A stretch of 64,000 nucleotides of DNA from Octopus sinensis (taxonomy: Eukaryota). This document shows positions 48,701 to 62,461 of this stretch, in pieces; the stretch's first letter is position 1, and every line of letters begins with the position of its first letter. The notes beneath the pieces were generated by a model, which saw only the letters and a list, made by a program, of their open reading frames with translations, did no database searches and had not been told where the DNA came from. A program made the position numbers and the translations under genes. The DNA lies in the NCBI RefSeq assembly GCF_006345805.1, contig NC_042997.1, positions 56,606,001 to 56,670,000 on the forward strand. The letters are read 5' to 3'.

Positions 48701-51073
48701 TATATATATATATATATATATCACTTTTCCTTTTTTATTTTATCATTCCATTATATGTAAACTCCCACATTGATGTCTGTCTTTGTATTGTTCCCCTCAT
48801 CCTTTACCCTGGTGGCAAATAAAAGAAATCATTATTATTATTATTATTATTAATAATCCCTTCTACTATAGACACAAGGCCTGAAATTTGAAGGTGGGGG
48901 ATAATCGATTACATCGACTCCAATGTTTTACTGGTACTTAATTTATCGACCCCGAAAGGATGAAAGGCAAAGTCAACCTCGTCGGAATTTGAACTCACAA
49001 CATTGCAACAGGCAAAATACTGCTAAGCATTTTGTCCAGTGTGCTAACAATTCTGCCAGCTTGCCACCTTATTAATAATAATAATCCTTTCTACTTTAGG
49101 CACAAGGCCTGGAATTTGTGGGCAAGGAAATAGTCAATCACATTGACTCCAGGATTTGACTGATACTTGATTTATTGACCCTGAAAGGATGAAAGCAAAG
49201 TCAGCCTTGGTGGAATTTGAACTCAACGTAAAAGCAGACGAAATACCACTAAGCATTTCATCCAGTGTACTAATGATTCTGCCAGCTCACCACCTTTTTG
49301 ATAATAATAATAATAATAATAATAAGTAATAATAGTAATAATACTAACAATGTATGTAAATACTGGATATCTTTATATCATTTTCTTGTTGAAGAACACA
49401 GATTTGGCTGATATTTTAAGTGGCCTACTCACTATTTCTTATTCAGAATGAGAATAGTTTTCTTCTAAATGTGAAAATTTTAAGAAAATGATCTGAAGTA
49501 AATAATTTGTTACATTGGCAAACATCATATATTTATAAAGGAAACAACATATGCTCTTGAATTATTCCAAATATGTGACTTGTATTTATTTTATGAAAAC
49601 TGGCAGCCTACATATCTTAAGAAGTGGAACTAAAAGGTATTAGCAGTATAGGCGGCGAGCTGGCAGAACCATTAGCACGCAGGGCGAAATGCTTAGCGGT
49701 ATTTCGTCTGTGTTACGTTGTGAGTTCAAATTCCGCCGAGGTCGACTTTGCCTTTCATCCTTTCGGGGTCGATAAATTAAGTACCAGTTACGCACTGGGG
49801 TTGATGTAATCGACTTAATACCTATGTCTGTCCTTGTTTGTCCCCTCTGTGTTTAGCCCCTTGTGGGTAATAAAGAAATAGGTATTAGCAGTATAGTTTG
49901 CTTGTTCTGCCATTTCTAATTCTTCACTAATCTAGCTGAAGTACGTGATTCAATAAATTCTTTTTACTATAAATCAATATAAACTAAATTTATCAGCCTT
50001 GGTTATTTTTTGGGGGCAGGTGGGGGTTCTGAAATGTAAGAGTGAGAGGAAAAAAGTTGAAATAAAATTAAAAGTTTTAATCACCTTTAAATTCTTTTTT
50101 ACTTTGTGTGTTTTTAAAAACTCGTTGCTTTTGTATTTCTATGAGAAAGAATATTAGATATGAAAATGACACAAATATAAACATAAAATAAATGTAAAAC
50201 AAAAATTAATGAAACCATTGTAAGGATTAACTATTTATCTATTCAGTCAAAATCAAGCATGCCACCAACATATGTTAACAGTTTAGCGCTAGCTAATTGC
50301 TATTCTATCATATTTAATTATCCATAAAAATAGTTTGTGCTACATTAATTTAATCAAGTGATATTGTTATAAAGCTTTGTGTATAACCTTCATTGTTTTT
50401 TCAAATCCTCTTACGATATCAGTCTAGAAAAAGTTACTCAACTGTGAAATAAAACACTTACCAAAAGATTACTTTTGTTCTCTATAATTTAGTATCTGAG
50501 AGAATCTGGATTAAGAATAATTCGTTATTCTCAAATTTTTTGTGCATGATTATACAATTCAATTAAAGGAAAGTTTAACTACTTCCTGCTGATTTTTGTT
50601 TCTGTTAAATTGTGAGGCTAATTACATATGAATATTGATGAAATCTTTGTGTTTCCACCAATGTCTAGCACTTAGATGAGTATATATTGGATATAACATA
50701 TCCCATCTGTGTGGCTTTTTCTCATACTTGTTGTATATATTACTATCAAGGATTTCTGTTCCATATCGAGTGCTATCTCTTTTCAACCCCAAAAAACCCC
50801 AAAAAACTGTTTCTATGTTATGATCCCACTTTTATATCATGTGACAAGCAGTTGAAAATAGATGGATTAAAATTCAGTTAAACCCCTAATTTGAATGATA
50901 AAGTTATTAAATCTGATGTTTACATCAATAGATACCACCAAATGTTTGATTGACCATTTCTGTATCAAAATTTATAGTTTGTAGTTAAGTCTGTGTTACA
51001 TTCTTATGTAATTAAACCTATTACGGTATTACATTCAATTAATTAAACCTGCACCTATAGTAAGAAATTTAAA

Positions 51074-51148
<75 letters not shown>

Positions 51149-54100
51149 TACACATGTAGATAATTCTAAGGGAGACAACTCAAAAATTTAAATTTATTTG
51201 AATTGAATGATGGTTAGTATGATGACTACTAAATATATGATTTGGCCTAGTCCTCATAGCTTTTTGTTTTCTTATTAAAGTATTTAGTTTGAATTGGTAA
51301 GAGAGATACCAAACTGTGTGGGTTTCAGCAGTTCAGAAATGCAAAAATTAAAGTGGTAAAAGGGAGATGGAGAGCAAAGAACATGCTAGCGATCATAGTG
51401 TGTTGGTGAGGAAATTTTTTGTGATTTTTCCTATCATTAACTATTGGTTGGTTAGCCATTATTTGGTTGTAGTCTCTCATATATATATAAGAAGACTCTA
51501 ATGTAAGGTGCAGATGTGATTTGTAGAAGTTTAGAATTGTCTAGTACTATAATGAGTGAATTAAATTTTGTTGAAATAGATGGCAGCTTGCTAGAACAAA
51601 AGTAAAACAATTTTGCTTTACCATGAAGTCTATACCATTTCACATTCAATATGAGAATAATTCCATTTTTAATGGAATTATTCTCGTTTTGGATGGAATT
51701 ATTCCATTTTGAACAAAACTATTCCAATTTGAATGGAACTATTACAGTTACAAACCTCTGGATGGTATTAACAAATGTTTTGTCAAGAATGTGATACAGG
51801 GGACCCAGACTCTCTAATCAAAATATAAATACATTTAATGCATTTATCTTTCTAAATATAAATGATACAGTATTAAGATACTCAATTTTTCTATATCTCT
51901 GGAGCTCTTTATCATATGGTGTGTTTCTACCTATCATTAGCTTTCTTTTTCTCATTTTCAGATACAAAGTAGCACATTTTATGATTGCAGTCTACTACAA
52001 TCAATATAATCTTTGCGACCACTTTTAGTTCTTACATACATGATTAACATCCCAGAACATTATTGCACCATCTTGAAAACCTTATTTATTTTAGTTGCTC
52101 TAAACTACATTCAGGTATGTCTATGTGGTTAAAAAGCTCGGTTTGCAAAGCAAACTTTTTAACCATGTGATTCCAGGTTCAGTTCCATTCCATGGTACCT
52201 CATGGCCACAGTCTAATGACTGAAACAAGTAAAGGATAAAACCAAAAATGCCTGTTTCATGACTTAATAATCTCCTTCCTTGGCGGAGGTAATTAATACA
52301 AAATTCTGTGACTGCTTACCAACCACCTCTTGTAGATCTCTAGGAACTTAGTTTCTGTGTAGCAGCAAAGTTTCCTTATTCTCTCTTCAATGTTGCATCA
52401 CCATAATAGTCTTCCCTCATATTTTAATAGATTCATTACAAATATAACATAACACTTCTGTCACACTATATTATATAACAGGTTTTTTTTCCAGTCTAAC
52501 ATAAAATAGTATCACTGAGACCAAAACATTGTATATTCTGAATGCTATACCTGTTCCATTGGCTACACCAGTACCACAACCTTGTTTAGTCAGAACTTGC
52601 TAGGCCACTCAGCATCAACTTAACTATTATTTTCTTTTATACGCATATCATTCTGTTTTTCCCAATACAGTTTATCTATAGGCCCTGCACCTTTTTTTTT
52701 CCTTATCACAGCTTTATACAATTTTTTTTCCTTTAGTGCATCAGAAATTATAGCAATTTGATAGTTTCAGATTATTTTGGTTCATTGCACATAACGGTGA
52801 AATTAAAAATTTGATAGTTTAAGATTATTTTGGTTCACTGCACATAACGGTGAAATTGAAGATTTTATATATCAGCTTTATTGGCTGGCCTTCACTGAAT
52901 TTTCAAAGCATGTGTTGATGTATTTAGGTCACAGCTGATTTTCCATTTCTTTTCTTTCTTTTTTTTTATTATTATTTAAATCTGTAATTTGACTAAATTT
53001 GTTTAAAAACATATTTTTCTTATTTCATTAATTCATATTAGAAAATTTGAAAATCCAAAACTTTAAAAGCCCTTAAACATTTGTTTGATATTTAGTTTTT
53101 GGTTTTGTTTAACAGTTCAAAAGCTACTGAGTTAAGTTTCAATATAAGCGTTTTCATTTGATAGTGTTATGTTTACACTGATTCACTGCATTTCTGATAT
53201 CAAGAACACCACTAAATATCTATCATTTATGTGTCTCAAATAAGTGTCTCAAAGCATTTTTCTTTGATGCACTGTTTTATTGATAGTTTTATCACAAATA
53301 TATATATATGTTTCTCTTGTTGACCAGTACACACACACACACTAATGGTAGGCTTTTGTGCTGTGCCTGTCTCCAAAGTTTCACTTGCTAGTTACAAAGT
53401 GACTCAACAGTGCTGGTGTCACAAAAACCACTCCTGCCCTCTAAGTGATTGGTAATAGATTTGAACAGCAACAATGCAGGCCTTGAGTTGTTTTTTTAGT
53501 CTTGCTGACAGCAAGACAACTTTTGTGGTACTTGGTGTCATAAATGAAATGTTCCCAGTACACTCTGTAAAGTGATCGGTGTTAGGAATGGCATCTAACC
53601 ATGAAAACTATGTCAAAAGTGAAATATTGGAACTAGACACGGTCCTCTAACCTGTTGAATACTGTTGAACCATCCTATCTATACCAGCATGGAGCATGGC
53701 CATAAAATGATGGTGATGAAGGCATTTGTTAACCTAAAACTTAAAAAGACACTTGACTAAGGTGCTAGACTGAGATCAAACTTAGAATTACATAGTTCTA
53801 AGGTTAACTTCTTAACTACACCCTTATTCTCTCCTCATGTTGTATAAATTTGGAGTAAATGGTCCCCAGAAAGGAAAAAGTTGAAAATGCAGATATTTTA
53901 AAGAAAATGTTTGTAAAGCAGATGACGATTTGTGATTTTTATTAACATTACAGTTTATTAGTTGATGAAAAGCATTTATTTCATAATTCTCAAATCTTTT
54001 TACAGGTCGTTTTGGAAACCAAGCAGAACAATTTTTGGGAAGTTTGGCTTTTGCCAAACGGTTAAATAGAACAATGGTGATCCCACCTTGGGTGGAATAC

Positions 54101-54922
54101 AAAGCTTCTGTGATTGGATCCGTAAGTTGCAACATGATTTTTTGTTGGGGGGTTCAAGAAGGCTTTATTTGTATGGCTGTATGGTTAGAAAATTGCTTCC
54201 TAACCACATGATTCCAGGTTCAGTCCCACTATGTGACACCATGGGCAAGTGCCTTCTACTACAGCCTTGGGCCAACCAAAGCCTTGTGAATGTATTTGGT
54301 AGATGAAAACTGAAATAAGCTCATCGTACATGTGTTTTGTGTGTGTGTATGTGAGCATGCGTGTGTGTATTTGCTCCCCACCACTGCTTGACAACTGATG
54401 TTGGTTTGTTTACATCCCCATAACTTGGTAGTTCAGCAAAAAATAGGCAGAATAAGTAAGAGGCTTAGAAAAAAAATGTGCTGAGGTTAATTTGCTTGAC
54501 TAAGCCCTTCAAGGCGGTTTCCCACCATGGCCACTCTCTAATGACTGAAACAAGTGATAGATAAAAGGATTTGGGATTTAACCAGATTCCAAAAATCTAG
54601 TTAAATGTATTGAAGCAATGAATCATCATCATCATCATCGTTTAACATCCATTTTCCATGCTAGCATGGGTTGGACGGTTCGACCAGGGCCTGGGAAGCC
54701 AGGAGGCTGCACCAGGCTCCAGTCTGATCTGGCAGTATTTCTACAGCTGGATGCCCTTCCTAACGCCAACCACTCCGTGAGTGTAGTAGGTGTTTTTTAT
54801 GCGCCACTGACACAGGGGCCAGAGGAGGCTGGCAAACAGCCACGATCGGTTGGTGCTTTTATGTGTCACCGACACGGATGCCAGTCAGGCGGTGCTGGCA
54901 TGAATGAATAATGATAATAATG

Positions 54923-54953
<31 letters not shown>

Positions 54954-55550
54954 TAATAGTAATAATATTTAAAGGGCACTATACTGCCTAATGTCAATAG
55001 CCAGATCACTGTTTCTCAAGGTGGAACACATAATCCATTGGTGGAGCAATATTTTGGCACGGGTGTGAAACCCCAACTAAAATATTGGTAGGCAAGTTAC
55101 AATGCCATGGTAAGTCATAAGTGAATAAAACTTGCAATAAAGTTTTAATTAAAAGTTTGTTTGAATGTGTGTGTGTGTGTGTGTAAACATATATATATAT
55201 ATATATATATGCTGTATGCTTTGTTTTTGTGGGGTTTTTTTCTTGCAAATCTTGATGGGGCATGTGACAAAAGTTTGAGAAACACTGGGTTGGATAGACA
55301 TTATAAGTGATATGATATAACACAAAGAAGGTCATAAAAGTTATTGAGTTGCTTCTGTCATGTGTACTTGATCCAGCGTCAGGATCAGAGGATAAGTGCC
55401 CCTTCTTGTACTCCATTCTTTAGAAATATGCAACAGTGGTTCTGTTCTGGAGAAGGCCAACTCTCTAATCCTACCAACTATTGTTCATTGTTTTTACTTC
55501 TAATATCTAAAATTTGATATAAATATGTATAAACAGCTGTCATTATATGG

Positions 55551-55582
<32 letters not shown>

Positions 55583-55938
55583 GAGTGTTTGTGTGTGTGT
55601 GTATATATGTATATACATACATGCACACAAATGTGTGTGTATATATATATATATGTGTGTGTGTTTGTGTGTGTGTATATATGTATATACATACATGCAC
55701 ACAAACGTGTGTGTGAGTGTGTGTCAAGCTATCATATCTAACTTTAGAAAACCTGTCTTTCATGTGCTTCCGTCTGCTCTCTGTTTCAGGAGTTTGTACA
55801 TATGATCTCATAATCTATGTAGGCTTAATACACTTACTTGCTATTTACAAAGAATAACCTTCACACAATTCTAGACGTGTGTATTGAGCACTTTAGAGTT
55901 TCTCTCTCTCTCTCTCTCTCCCCCTCTCTCTATCTCTT

Positions 55939-55988
<50 letters not shown>

Positions 55989-58900
55989 AACTTAGGAGGA
56001 AGGGACAGTAATCACAAGCTTTACAGGTCTTCCAAGACTGGAGAAATTTATATGATTGACACAACTGTAGTAGAGGGTGAAATGGCTTCATGTCAGGCGT
56101 TCATAGATGAACAGACATGGGTGTCTTGCCATAAAGGAGTCACCTGGCTACCCAGCATTATATTAGGGTGGTTAGGGGTGGCTGGAATGAAAACAGTGAT
56201 GGTAGTGACAAGATGTCAGAGCATACTCTCAAGATACTAGAAGATGACACCAAGAGGAAATATGGACAAAGAATCATGAAGGGTAGATAATAAGTTCATG
56301 AGAGAGATAGATAGAGTTGGAGGTAGAGATTGATGTAGTGAATGGAACAAAGATGAGGGTGTGGATGATAGTAAATAAGGTGAAAGAATACAAGTGGCTT
56401 AGGAAAGAGATGGTAAGTGGCAATACAGGAAGGGAGGAAATCAACAATATAATATACCTGTAGTAGATCAGAAAATATGAAGATGATGTGTGGGATAGGA
56501 CAGTGGAATGGGTGAGAGAGAGGGAGAGATGTACAGTGACAGAGATGGATGTTAGAAGTATGTAGAGGTGGCTATAGTGAGTGGGGGAATAGGTGAGGGG
56601 GAGGCCTTCAACAGCAAATTTGACAGGGTGATGAGAATGACAACCAGTAAGAGAGGGTGTTAAAGATAAGGTAATGGCAGTCTTACCATATATCTGGGAG
56701 GAGAGGGAGAGATAACTGGTTGCACAGAAAAGGGTGATCAGTGGAAAATAAAGTGGGAAGAGATGATATTGAGACTGAGGAATGGATTTTAAAAGGAAGT
56801 GCTTCCAAGGAAACATTTTTTTCTTTCTTTCAGGAATGTGTGGCCTTTAATAAATATTTTCAAGTTGAACCATTGAAGCAATATCATCGAGTAATAACTA
56901 TGGAGCAGTTTATGAAAGAATTGGCCCCTGAGGTTTGGCCACCGAACAAAAGAATTGGTAAACTTTATCTCTCAGTATTTTCTTCTATTTGTGTCTCTTG
57001 CATATAAATTTATACTTAGATATTCGTATGTCTTACACATACATTTATAATTTAATTCTTGGGTTTATTTTTCTAACATACATTGAAATAGGATATCTTT
57101 CCATTTGAGATAACAGTAAAATAGTTTATCCTGCTAGCTCTAAATGGCTGCAAATATTCTCATGGAGAGAGAACAGTACAGTAAAAACAGTACAGTTAAA
57201 ATACCAAAAAGCATAATGTCTAATTTGAGGAAATGGAATGGCAAGTATACTGTACAGCAATTAGTAACACAGTTAGCTGGGAAGTAATTACTTTATTGAG
57301 TCCTACCAGTTGGACAGTTCTTTTTCTGTCTCAAATTGCTGCTTATAATGTCTAATATATCTTATATGTATTTTCCTTTGAGAAAGTTCTGAATGTGTCA
57401 CAACCCTAGTTCTACTTCACTATAAAAATTTGAAGCCATCTACCTATTTAAGATATAATTATGAAAGTGTTTCTGTTGTTTAAAGCACTTTTACCATGAT
57501 GAACTTTATCTTATAGTATTATTTAGTAAACAGGCATCAGCAGTATAAAAGTTACTGTCTTCACTGCAAAGCTAAAAAGTTTTCCCTACTCTATGCTGTC
57601 TCCATTCAACAGGACAACATAATCAAAAGACTGAATAGAAGAGTGGGTAATGATACATGATGAACTAGAAAAGCACTTGGAGAGTGCAGACCTCCGCCAA
57701 GCAGCTCATTTCCACCCATATGCACACATGCTGAAAATCGCCTAATTTCCCAAACCAACGCCGGCAAAAACATAACCTCCTCCCATACTTATCTCGACCA
57801 TCGTCATCATCAACACTGTCTCTGTTTTCACCACAATCACCGTTAAAACTATGATCACCACAATCAGTTTCTTTACACAGTTGAAAATCCATTATCCGAT
57901 ACTCATGGGACCGAGATTGTTGCAGATTTTTGATTTTTCTAATTTCAGAGTGCTTTATTAAAAAAAAAAAATTGCATCTACAAAATGGAGCAGTTTGAAG
58001 ATAGAAACTAGGTCTAAACACAATAGCTTATAGACATACTCTGAATGTAGTTCTATATAAATCTTTAATAATTTTTTTACACTTAAAACCATCAGAAATG
58101 TTAAGATATCAGCCTCTACTCACGTTGTCATGCTTTGATTAAAAGGTTACAGCATAGATTAAATTACTTAGATAAGTTTCAGCCGAAGTTGACTCAGGCC
58201 ATGTCTAATTTAATAGCACCACCTGGAAGAGATACACAGTCAGCTCTGGGAAACCATAGCCCATTCAAGCAGAGGGTTATTGTTTTTAGAGACATATCTG
58301 GGTGTGGGTGGTTTATCTGATATTTGTTGGGGGTAATCATCTAAGGATCATTTGAATGCTATGAAGTCACTTTCCTTTATGTGTGTCTGGTACGATGTTG
58401 AAGAGAGCAGGGCCAATTGAGGTGAAATAGTTCTGTCATTGTGTTTTGATATGACACGAACATTTCTGTAGTGGACAGATGGCACGGGGGCCAAGCCTCG
58501 GATGAATTTTAAAGATGGGCAATGTTGATGGAATATTTTCCACATCATACAGATGATATAGAGCTCACAGCAGCGATGGAGGGAGCAAAGCCTGAGCTTT
58601 TTGAGTCAATCCCAATAGTCAAGGCTTGTCATGTAATCCTCCGCAGACCTCTGCCAAGCAACTCATTTTAAGATAGATATGCGTTTAAAATGACTAATAC
58701 AGAAATGAAAATAAACTTTGGAAACAACAACGTCACCATAGGTTATGTGGAAACAATGAATGCGTTTTCAAGGGAGATAATCAAAGAACGTAACATTGTA
58801 ATACTTCATGTAAAGTAAATATAACAAATGAAAAATCCTTCAAGAATCCATAAAAATTCCCGGATCACTACCAAAATTTCATCATCTGTTCCTTGTGTCA

Positions 58901-60030
58901 TTACCAGCTTTTCCTGCAAGTTTCATCAAATACCGTTTTGAGTTATTTTGCACACAGACGGACAAACCAACGCCGATATAAACATAACCACCTTTCTTGG
59001 CAGAGGTAACTAAGGTGAGAGGGCGAAAGAAACAAGATTATGAATTGGAATAATAGGGTGGTAGGAGAGGGAGAAATGGAAGAAACCATGCACAAAAGAA
59101 TAATGGAAGGGACTGAATTGGAAGCAAGCATTCTTACATATAAAATACTGGTAACTATATTGTTAAACTATATTATATTAGTTAATGTAATATTGTATTA
59201 GTTATTTGTTTCTTGTGTGTTAATATATATTTTCATTCTGATTTATCATTAGTATTTTATGCAATAATTTTACTTTCGCCTTTGTAAATTGTAGTATTCT
59301 GCTACCAAGCAAGACATTCAAGCAAAAATTCATGCAACGCAAAAGATGGGAATCCTTTTGGTCCATTTTGGGACCACTTTAATGTAGATTTTGTTCAATC
59401 TGAATTCCATAAACCACTAACATTTGATGTTAGCAACCATTTCGAAAGAGATAGATGGTTAAATAGGTAAGTGACTGAGATCATTAATCATATAAATCTG
59501 TTGGGTTATGTTCTTAAGTGTGCATAGGTTCACTCAGAACAAAAGAGGATAGAAAAACTTTTGTACAAAAGACATCTATACTCAGAATTCCCTTAATCCT
59601 CTAGCATTCAAATTACTGTCAAATTAAATGATTATTTATTCACATCGTTTTGAATTAATCGTGAATTAATTTATAGCCTTGAAATTTTAATGATGTGATT
59701 GCTTATTTTTAGAATGATATTGTAGAGTACATATGAGAGGCCAAATCTGGCCAGTTTGAACATAAAACTGGTAAAATATTCTGGCCAGATATAGCTGGTT
59801 TAAATGCTAAAGGGTTCAAAATAGACAATTAATTATGGAAGGAATACTTATTACACACACTATATTAATATTAATGCCACATACAATACATTTTGATCAC
59901 ACATATTGATTCTGCTTGAGAATCATATTGAGTGTACATGGCTGTGGAATACTCAGCCATTTACACTTAATTCAATGAGTAGGTAGTTTGGTTGCTAGAA
60001 CAACTGAATACTTATTGCAGACAGCAACAG

Positions 60031-60093
<63 letters not shown>

Positions 60094-61970
60094 CTCAACC
60101 TATCTACCTGCCTGCCTGCCTGCCTTTCTTCCTTCCTTCCTGCCTTCCTTCCGTCCTTCTTTCCTTCATTCCTTCCTTCTTTATATGAGAAGTGAGGTGA
60201 GAGAGTAGGTGCTTATTTCATACACTTACAACTGTTTCATAATCTTATTAATTATATAATAAATGTTACATCAAGATTAACATGCATATAAAATATACAT
60301 CTGTATATTTTATATGAATATTAAACTTGATGTAATATCTAATGTATGTGTTATATACAAATAAACAAATAAAACTGCTTGGGTTAGCTATACAAAATGT
60401 ATATACTTGTAAATAGAGAAAGTAAAGACTAAAAATTTTCGGATGATGAATATTCAAGTATAAACATATAGATATTTATGTATTAACAGAGCAAACTTAC
60501 ACAGAGTACAAAGGCACAGAAAATTTAAGGGGAGAAGGTATGATGTCACAAGTCAGACAGCTGTTTCTGGGGGCTCAGAGTTAAAAATAATAATAATTAA
60601 ATTATTGTGTACAGTGCTCAGGTGCACTACAGCTCATCAAAGATGCATGTATAGTACATAGAATTATGTACAAAAGTCAGGAAAGTGAATAGTGTATGAA
60701 TCATGATATACATGTGTGCATGCATATACAGGTGGGGGTATCAGGTGTAGTGTTGGTGAATTTTAGGAAGCATGGTGATTTTAAAGGAGTTCATAAGGTT
60801 GGCAGATATAGTTCACAAACATATGCAACCAGTAATGGAAGCAAATAAACAGTGGATAAATCTAGTCTCCGTCTTCAGGTGGAGAGATACCTCTTTACCC
60901 TGTTAGTATCATACATGCCAACCATTTTACAGAATTTACTAGGTACTTTTTATATGGTACTAACAGCAGTGAGGTCACCAAGTAACTAGCAAGACAAAAC
61001 CCCCTCATCTGAGTCGGGGACTAGTATTGAGTTGGATGGCTTTGAGCCAGGTGATGAGATGTTAGAGTATGAATAGAGGGACAGAAACAGGTAGCTTGTA
61101 GTGGAGGAGATACATAGCTGCCTCAGTTGGAGAGAGATAAGATGATGAAAATGTGATGTAGCATACACTCAAGTTACAGATATATTGTAGTGGACTAGGG
61201 ATTGGATAGTGTGAGTGGATGGGTAAGTTCATGAAATTGCAGAAAGAGAGTGAGAGATGGCAGGGCAGAGGGAATGTAGTGAGTGGATATAGGCAGAGAG
61301 AGGTGTTAAAAGGGTACTTGGTGGGGGAAGAGATTCAACATTGTGTACAGGTAATTTTGTGGGGGGGGGGCGATAGAGAGGAGGGGAATACACTAAGTGA
61401 TGAACACAGGTAGAGGAAGGGGAGAGGTGTTAGGAAGATGGGATGTTGAGGAAATGTTTGTTTGGGACAGATTGTGTTCTGGGGCATGGACATAAAGAAC
61501 ATGTCTTTATGGCCTCAATTTTATTTAACTGGACAAGTCTTCTCAAGAACAGCAAATCTCTCTCTAACACACACACACACATATTTCTACCTGTTCTTTA
61601 TGTGCTAAGTTCAAAATTACACCAAGATCATCTTTATTTTCATCCTTTTGGGATTAAAAAATATGTAAGTACCTGTCAAATACTAGAGTTGATTTAATCA
61701 ACTAACCCCTCTTCCAAAATTCCTGCCTTGTGCCTATGTTAGAAATAATTATTAATATTCTTATTTATCTTCAGATTTCCAGCTTCTAAATACCCTGTCC
61801 TTGCTTTTGTTGGATCTCCTGCTCCATTCCCTGCTCGTGAAGATACTTTACACCTTCACGATTACATCAAATGGTCAACTGATTTAGAGAAAGCTGCTGA
61901 TAATTTTATATTGGAAACTATTCCCGAGAAACCTTTTCTAGGAATACATCTCAGAAATGGTGTTGACTGG
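39801..61970 (+). CDS. POFUT1: GDP-fucose protein O-fucosyltransferase 1, exons 1-5 (3' end beyond window)
   Basis: Exons 39801-39915 (signal peptide + [15 protein letters not shown]), 54006-54121 ([31 protein letters not shown]), 56834-56957 ([30 protein letters not shown]), 59295-59466 ([20 protein letters not shown]), 61775-61970 ([19 protein letters not shown]...[13 protein letters not shown]). GT-AG boundaries with compatible phases 1,0,1,2,0. Confidence 0.95.
41119..41407. mobile_element. MITE/fold-back element with long CpG-rich TIRs
   Basis: Arms 41119-41199 and 41335-41407 are reverse complements (tactacttaagaagagtggtc...gctagctagtcg.gactagtcgatcct), with TA at both ends and an AT-rich tandem core. 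Confidence 0.85.
41747..41979 (-). mobile_element. tRNA-derived SINE (family A) with 19-bp TSD
   Basis: Full-length copy. TSD agtttgactaatatatata at 41728-41746 and 41980-41998. Confidence 0.9.
42654..42707. repeat. (TA)n microsatellite (representative of many)
   Basis: Pure TA run. Others include 51083-51138 (TA), 54905-54965 (AAT), 55545-55725 (TG/TA), 55900-55985 and 60035-60095 (CT), 62085-62180 (TATG/TG). Confidence 0.95.
42709..43040. repeat. Fold-back repeat with degenerate hammerhead-like motif (probably Penelope-derived)
   Basis: Arms 42709-42818 and 42901-43040 are imperfect reverse complements. The right arm has cAgatga-t-gggatat/atatccc-c-gaCac-agct-gta. Confidence 0.7.
45270..45688. 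repeat. Fold-back repeat with degenerate hammerhead-like motif
   Basis: aggaacaaaaagatgacaccagaaaaa...cattagct pairs with agctaatg...tttttctggtgttatccctttgttcct. The right arm has Ttgatga...gaaac-agct-gta. Confidence 0.65.
46383..46497. repeat. ~115-nt hairpin whose arms each carry a minimal hammerhead-like fold
   Basis: ~55-bp arms around a 5-nt loop (aagac). + strand 46438-46483: aaagactgt-cCgacga-atg(ggaa)cat-gaaac-tga-gta-acagttttt. Confidence 0.75.
46565..47036 (+). mobile_element. Internally deleted RTE-clade LINE (RT YADD region joined to 3'UTR)
   Basis: [20 protein letters not shown]...[29 protein letters not shown], followed directly by the RTE 3'UTR and (GAT)n tail. Confidence 0.8.
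48850..49295 (-). mobile_element. Two tandem older SINE family A-related copies
   Basis: Two diverged repeats of cacaaggcctg...ctggtactt...gaaaggatgaaag-caaagtc...gaatttgaactc...ctgccagct separated by AAT repeats. Similar relics occur at 44430-44990 and 47385-47590. Confidence 0.75.
49651..49879 (+). mobile_element. tRNA-derived SINE (family A) with 16-bp TSD
   Basis: ggcggcgagctggcag...gagttcaaattcc...gtgggtaataaagaaat. TSD aggtattagcagtata at 49635-49650 and 49880-49895. Confidence 0.92.
54170..54560 (+). mobile_element. tRNA-derived SINE (family B) with internal TG microsatellite
   Basis: tggctgtatggttag (A-box-like), ggttcagtccc (B-box-like), cttgacaactgatgttggtttgtttac, ggcggt...aatgactgaaacaag. 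Related copies at 8280-8480, 35790-35950, 62180-62450 and 63623-64000. Confidence 0.75.
54625..54900 (-). mobile_element. RTE 3'UTR-derived repeat
   Basis: catcatcatcgtttaacatcc...ctggatgcccttcctaacgccaaccactcc. Confidence 0.8.
55007..55287. mobile_element. Old hAT-type MITE
   Basis: Ends cactgtttctcaa / tttgagaaacactg resemble hAT TIRs. No clear TSD remains. Confidence 0.45.
58190..58690 (-). mobile_element. 3' end of an L2/Crack-like LINE
   Basis: [14 protein letters not shown]...MMWKIF...FK*SLDD...[19 protein letters not shown] on the minus strand. Confidence 0.6.
60590..60790 (-). mobile_element. CR1-type LINE 3'UTR fragment
   Basis: Matches 5090-5290 and 33830-34005 (acagtgctcaggtgcac...tcaggtgtagtgttgg). 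Confidence 0.75.
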
Positions 61971-62107
61971 GTTTGTAGAATATAGTTCCTTACATTTTTC
62001 TTTTTAACTGTCTCTCTCTCAATAACCTTATTAAGCAAAGGAAATTTACTAAACCACAAAAACTGGTAAAAATTTATATCCAATGTATGTATATATGTAT
62101 GTATGTA

Positions 62108-62164
<57 letters not shown>

Positions 62165-62461
62165 ATGCATGCATGCATATATAGGTGCAAGAGTGGCTGT
62201 GTGGTTAGAGGCCATACGCACAAGAGTGATTGTGTGGTAAGAAGCTTGCTTCCCAACCAACTGGTTCCAGGTTCATTCCCACTGCATGGCATCTTGGGCA
62301 AGTGTCCTCTATATATCCTTGAACCTTGTGAGTGACTGATAGAATAAGTACTAGACTTACAAAAAATAAGTCATGGGGGTCTATTTGTTCGATTAAAGGC
62401 GGTGCTCCAGCATGGCTGCAGTCAAATGACTGAAAAAAGTATAAGATTAAAAGAATATATA

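Noticed and set aside
51645-51750. Repeated ggaattattcc-like palindromic words
   Set aside because: A short AT-rich degenerate minisatellite with no supportable function.
52755-52860. Two-unit ~53-bp tandem repeat
   Set aside because: A simple local duplication with no spacers; not CRISPR-like.
56000-61400. Purine-rich stretches (56000-56700, 60980-61400) resembling Penelope RT/linker remnants
   Set aside because: Too degraded to recover diagnostic motifs.
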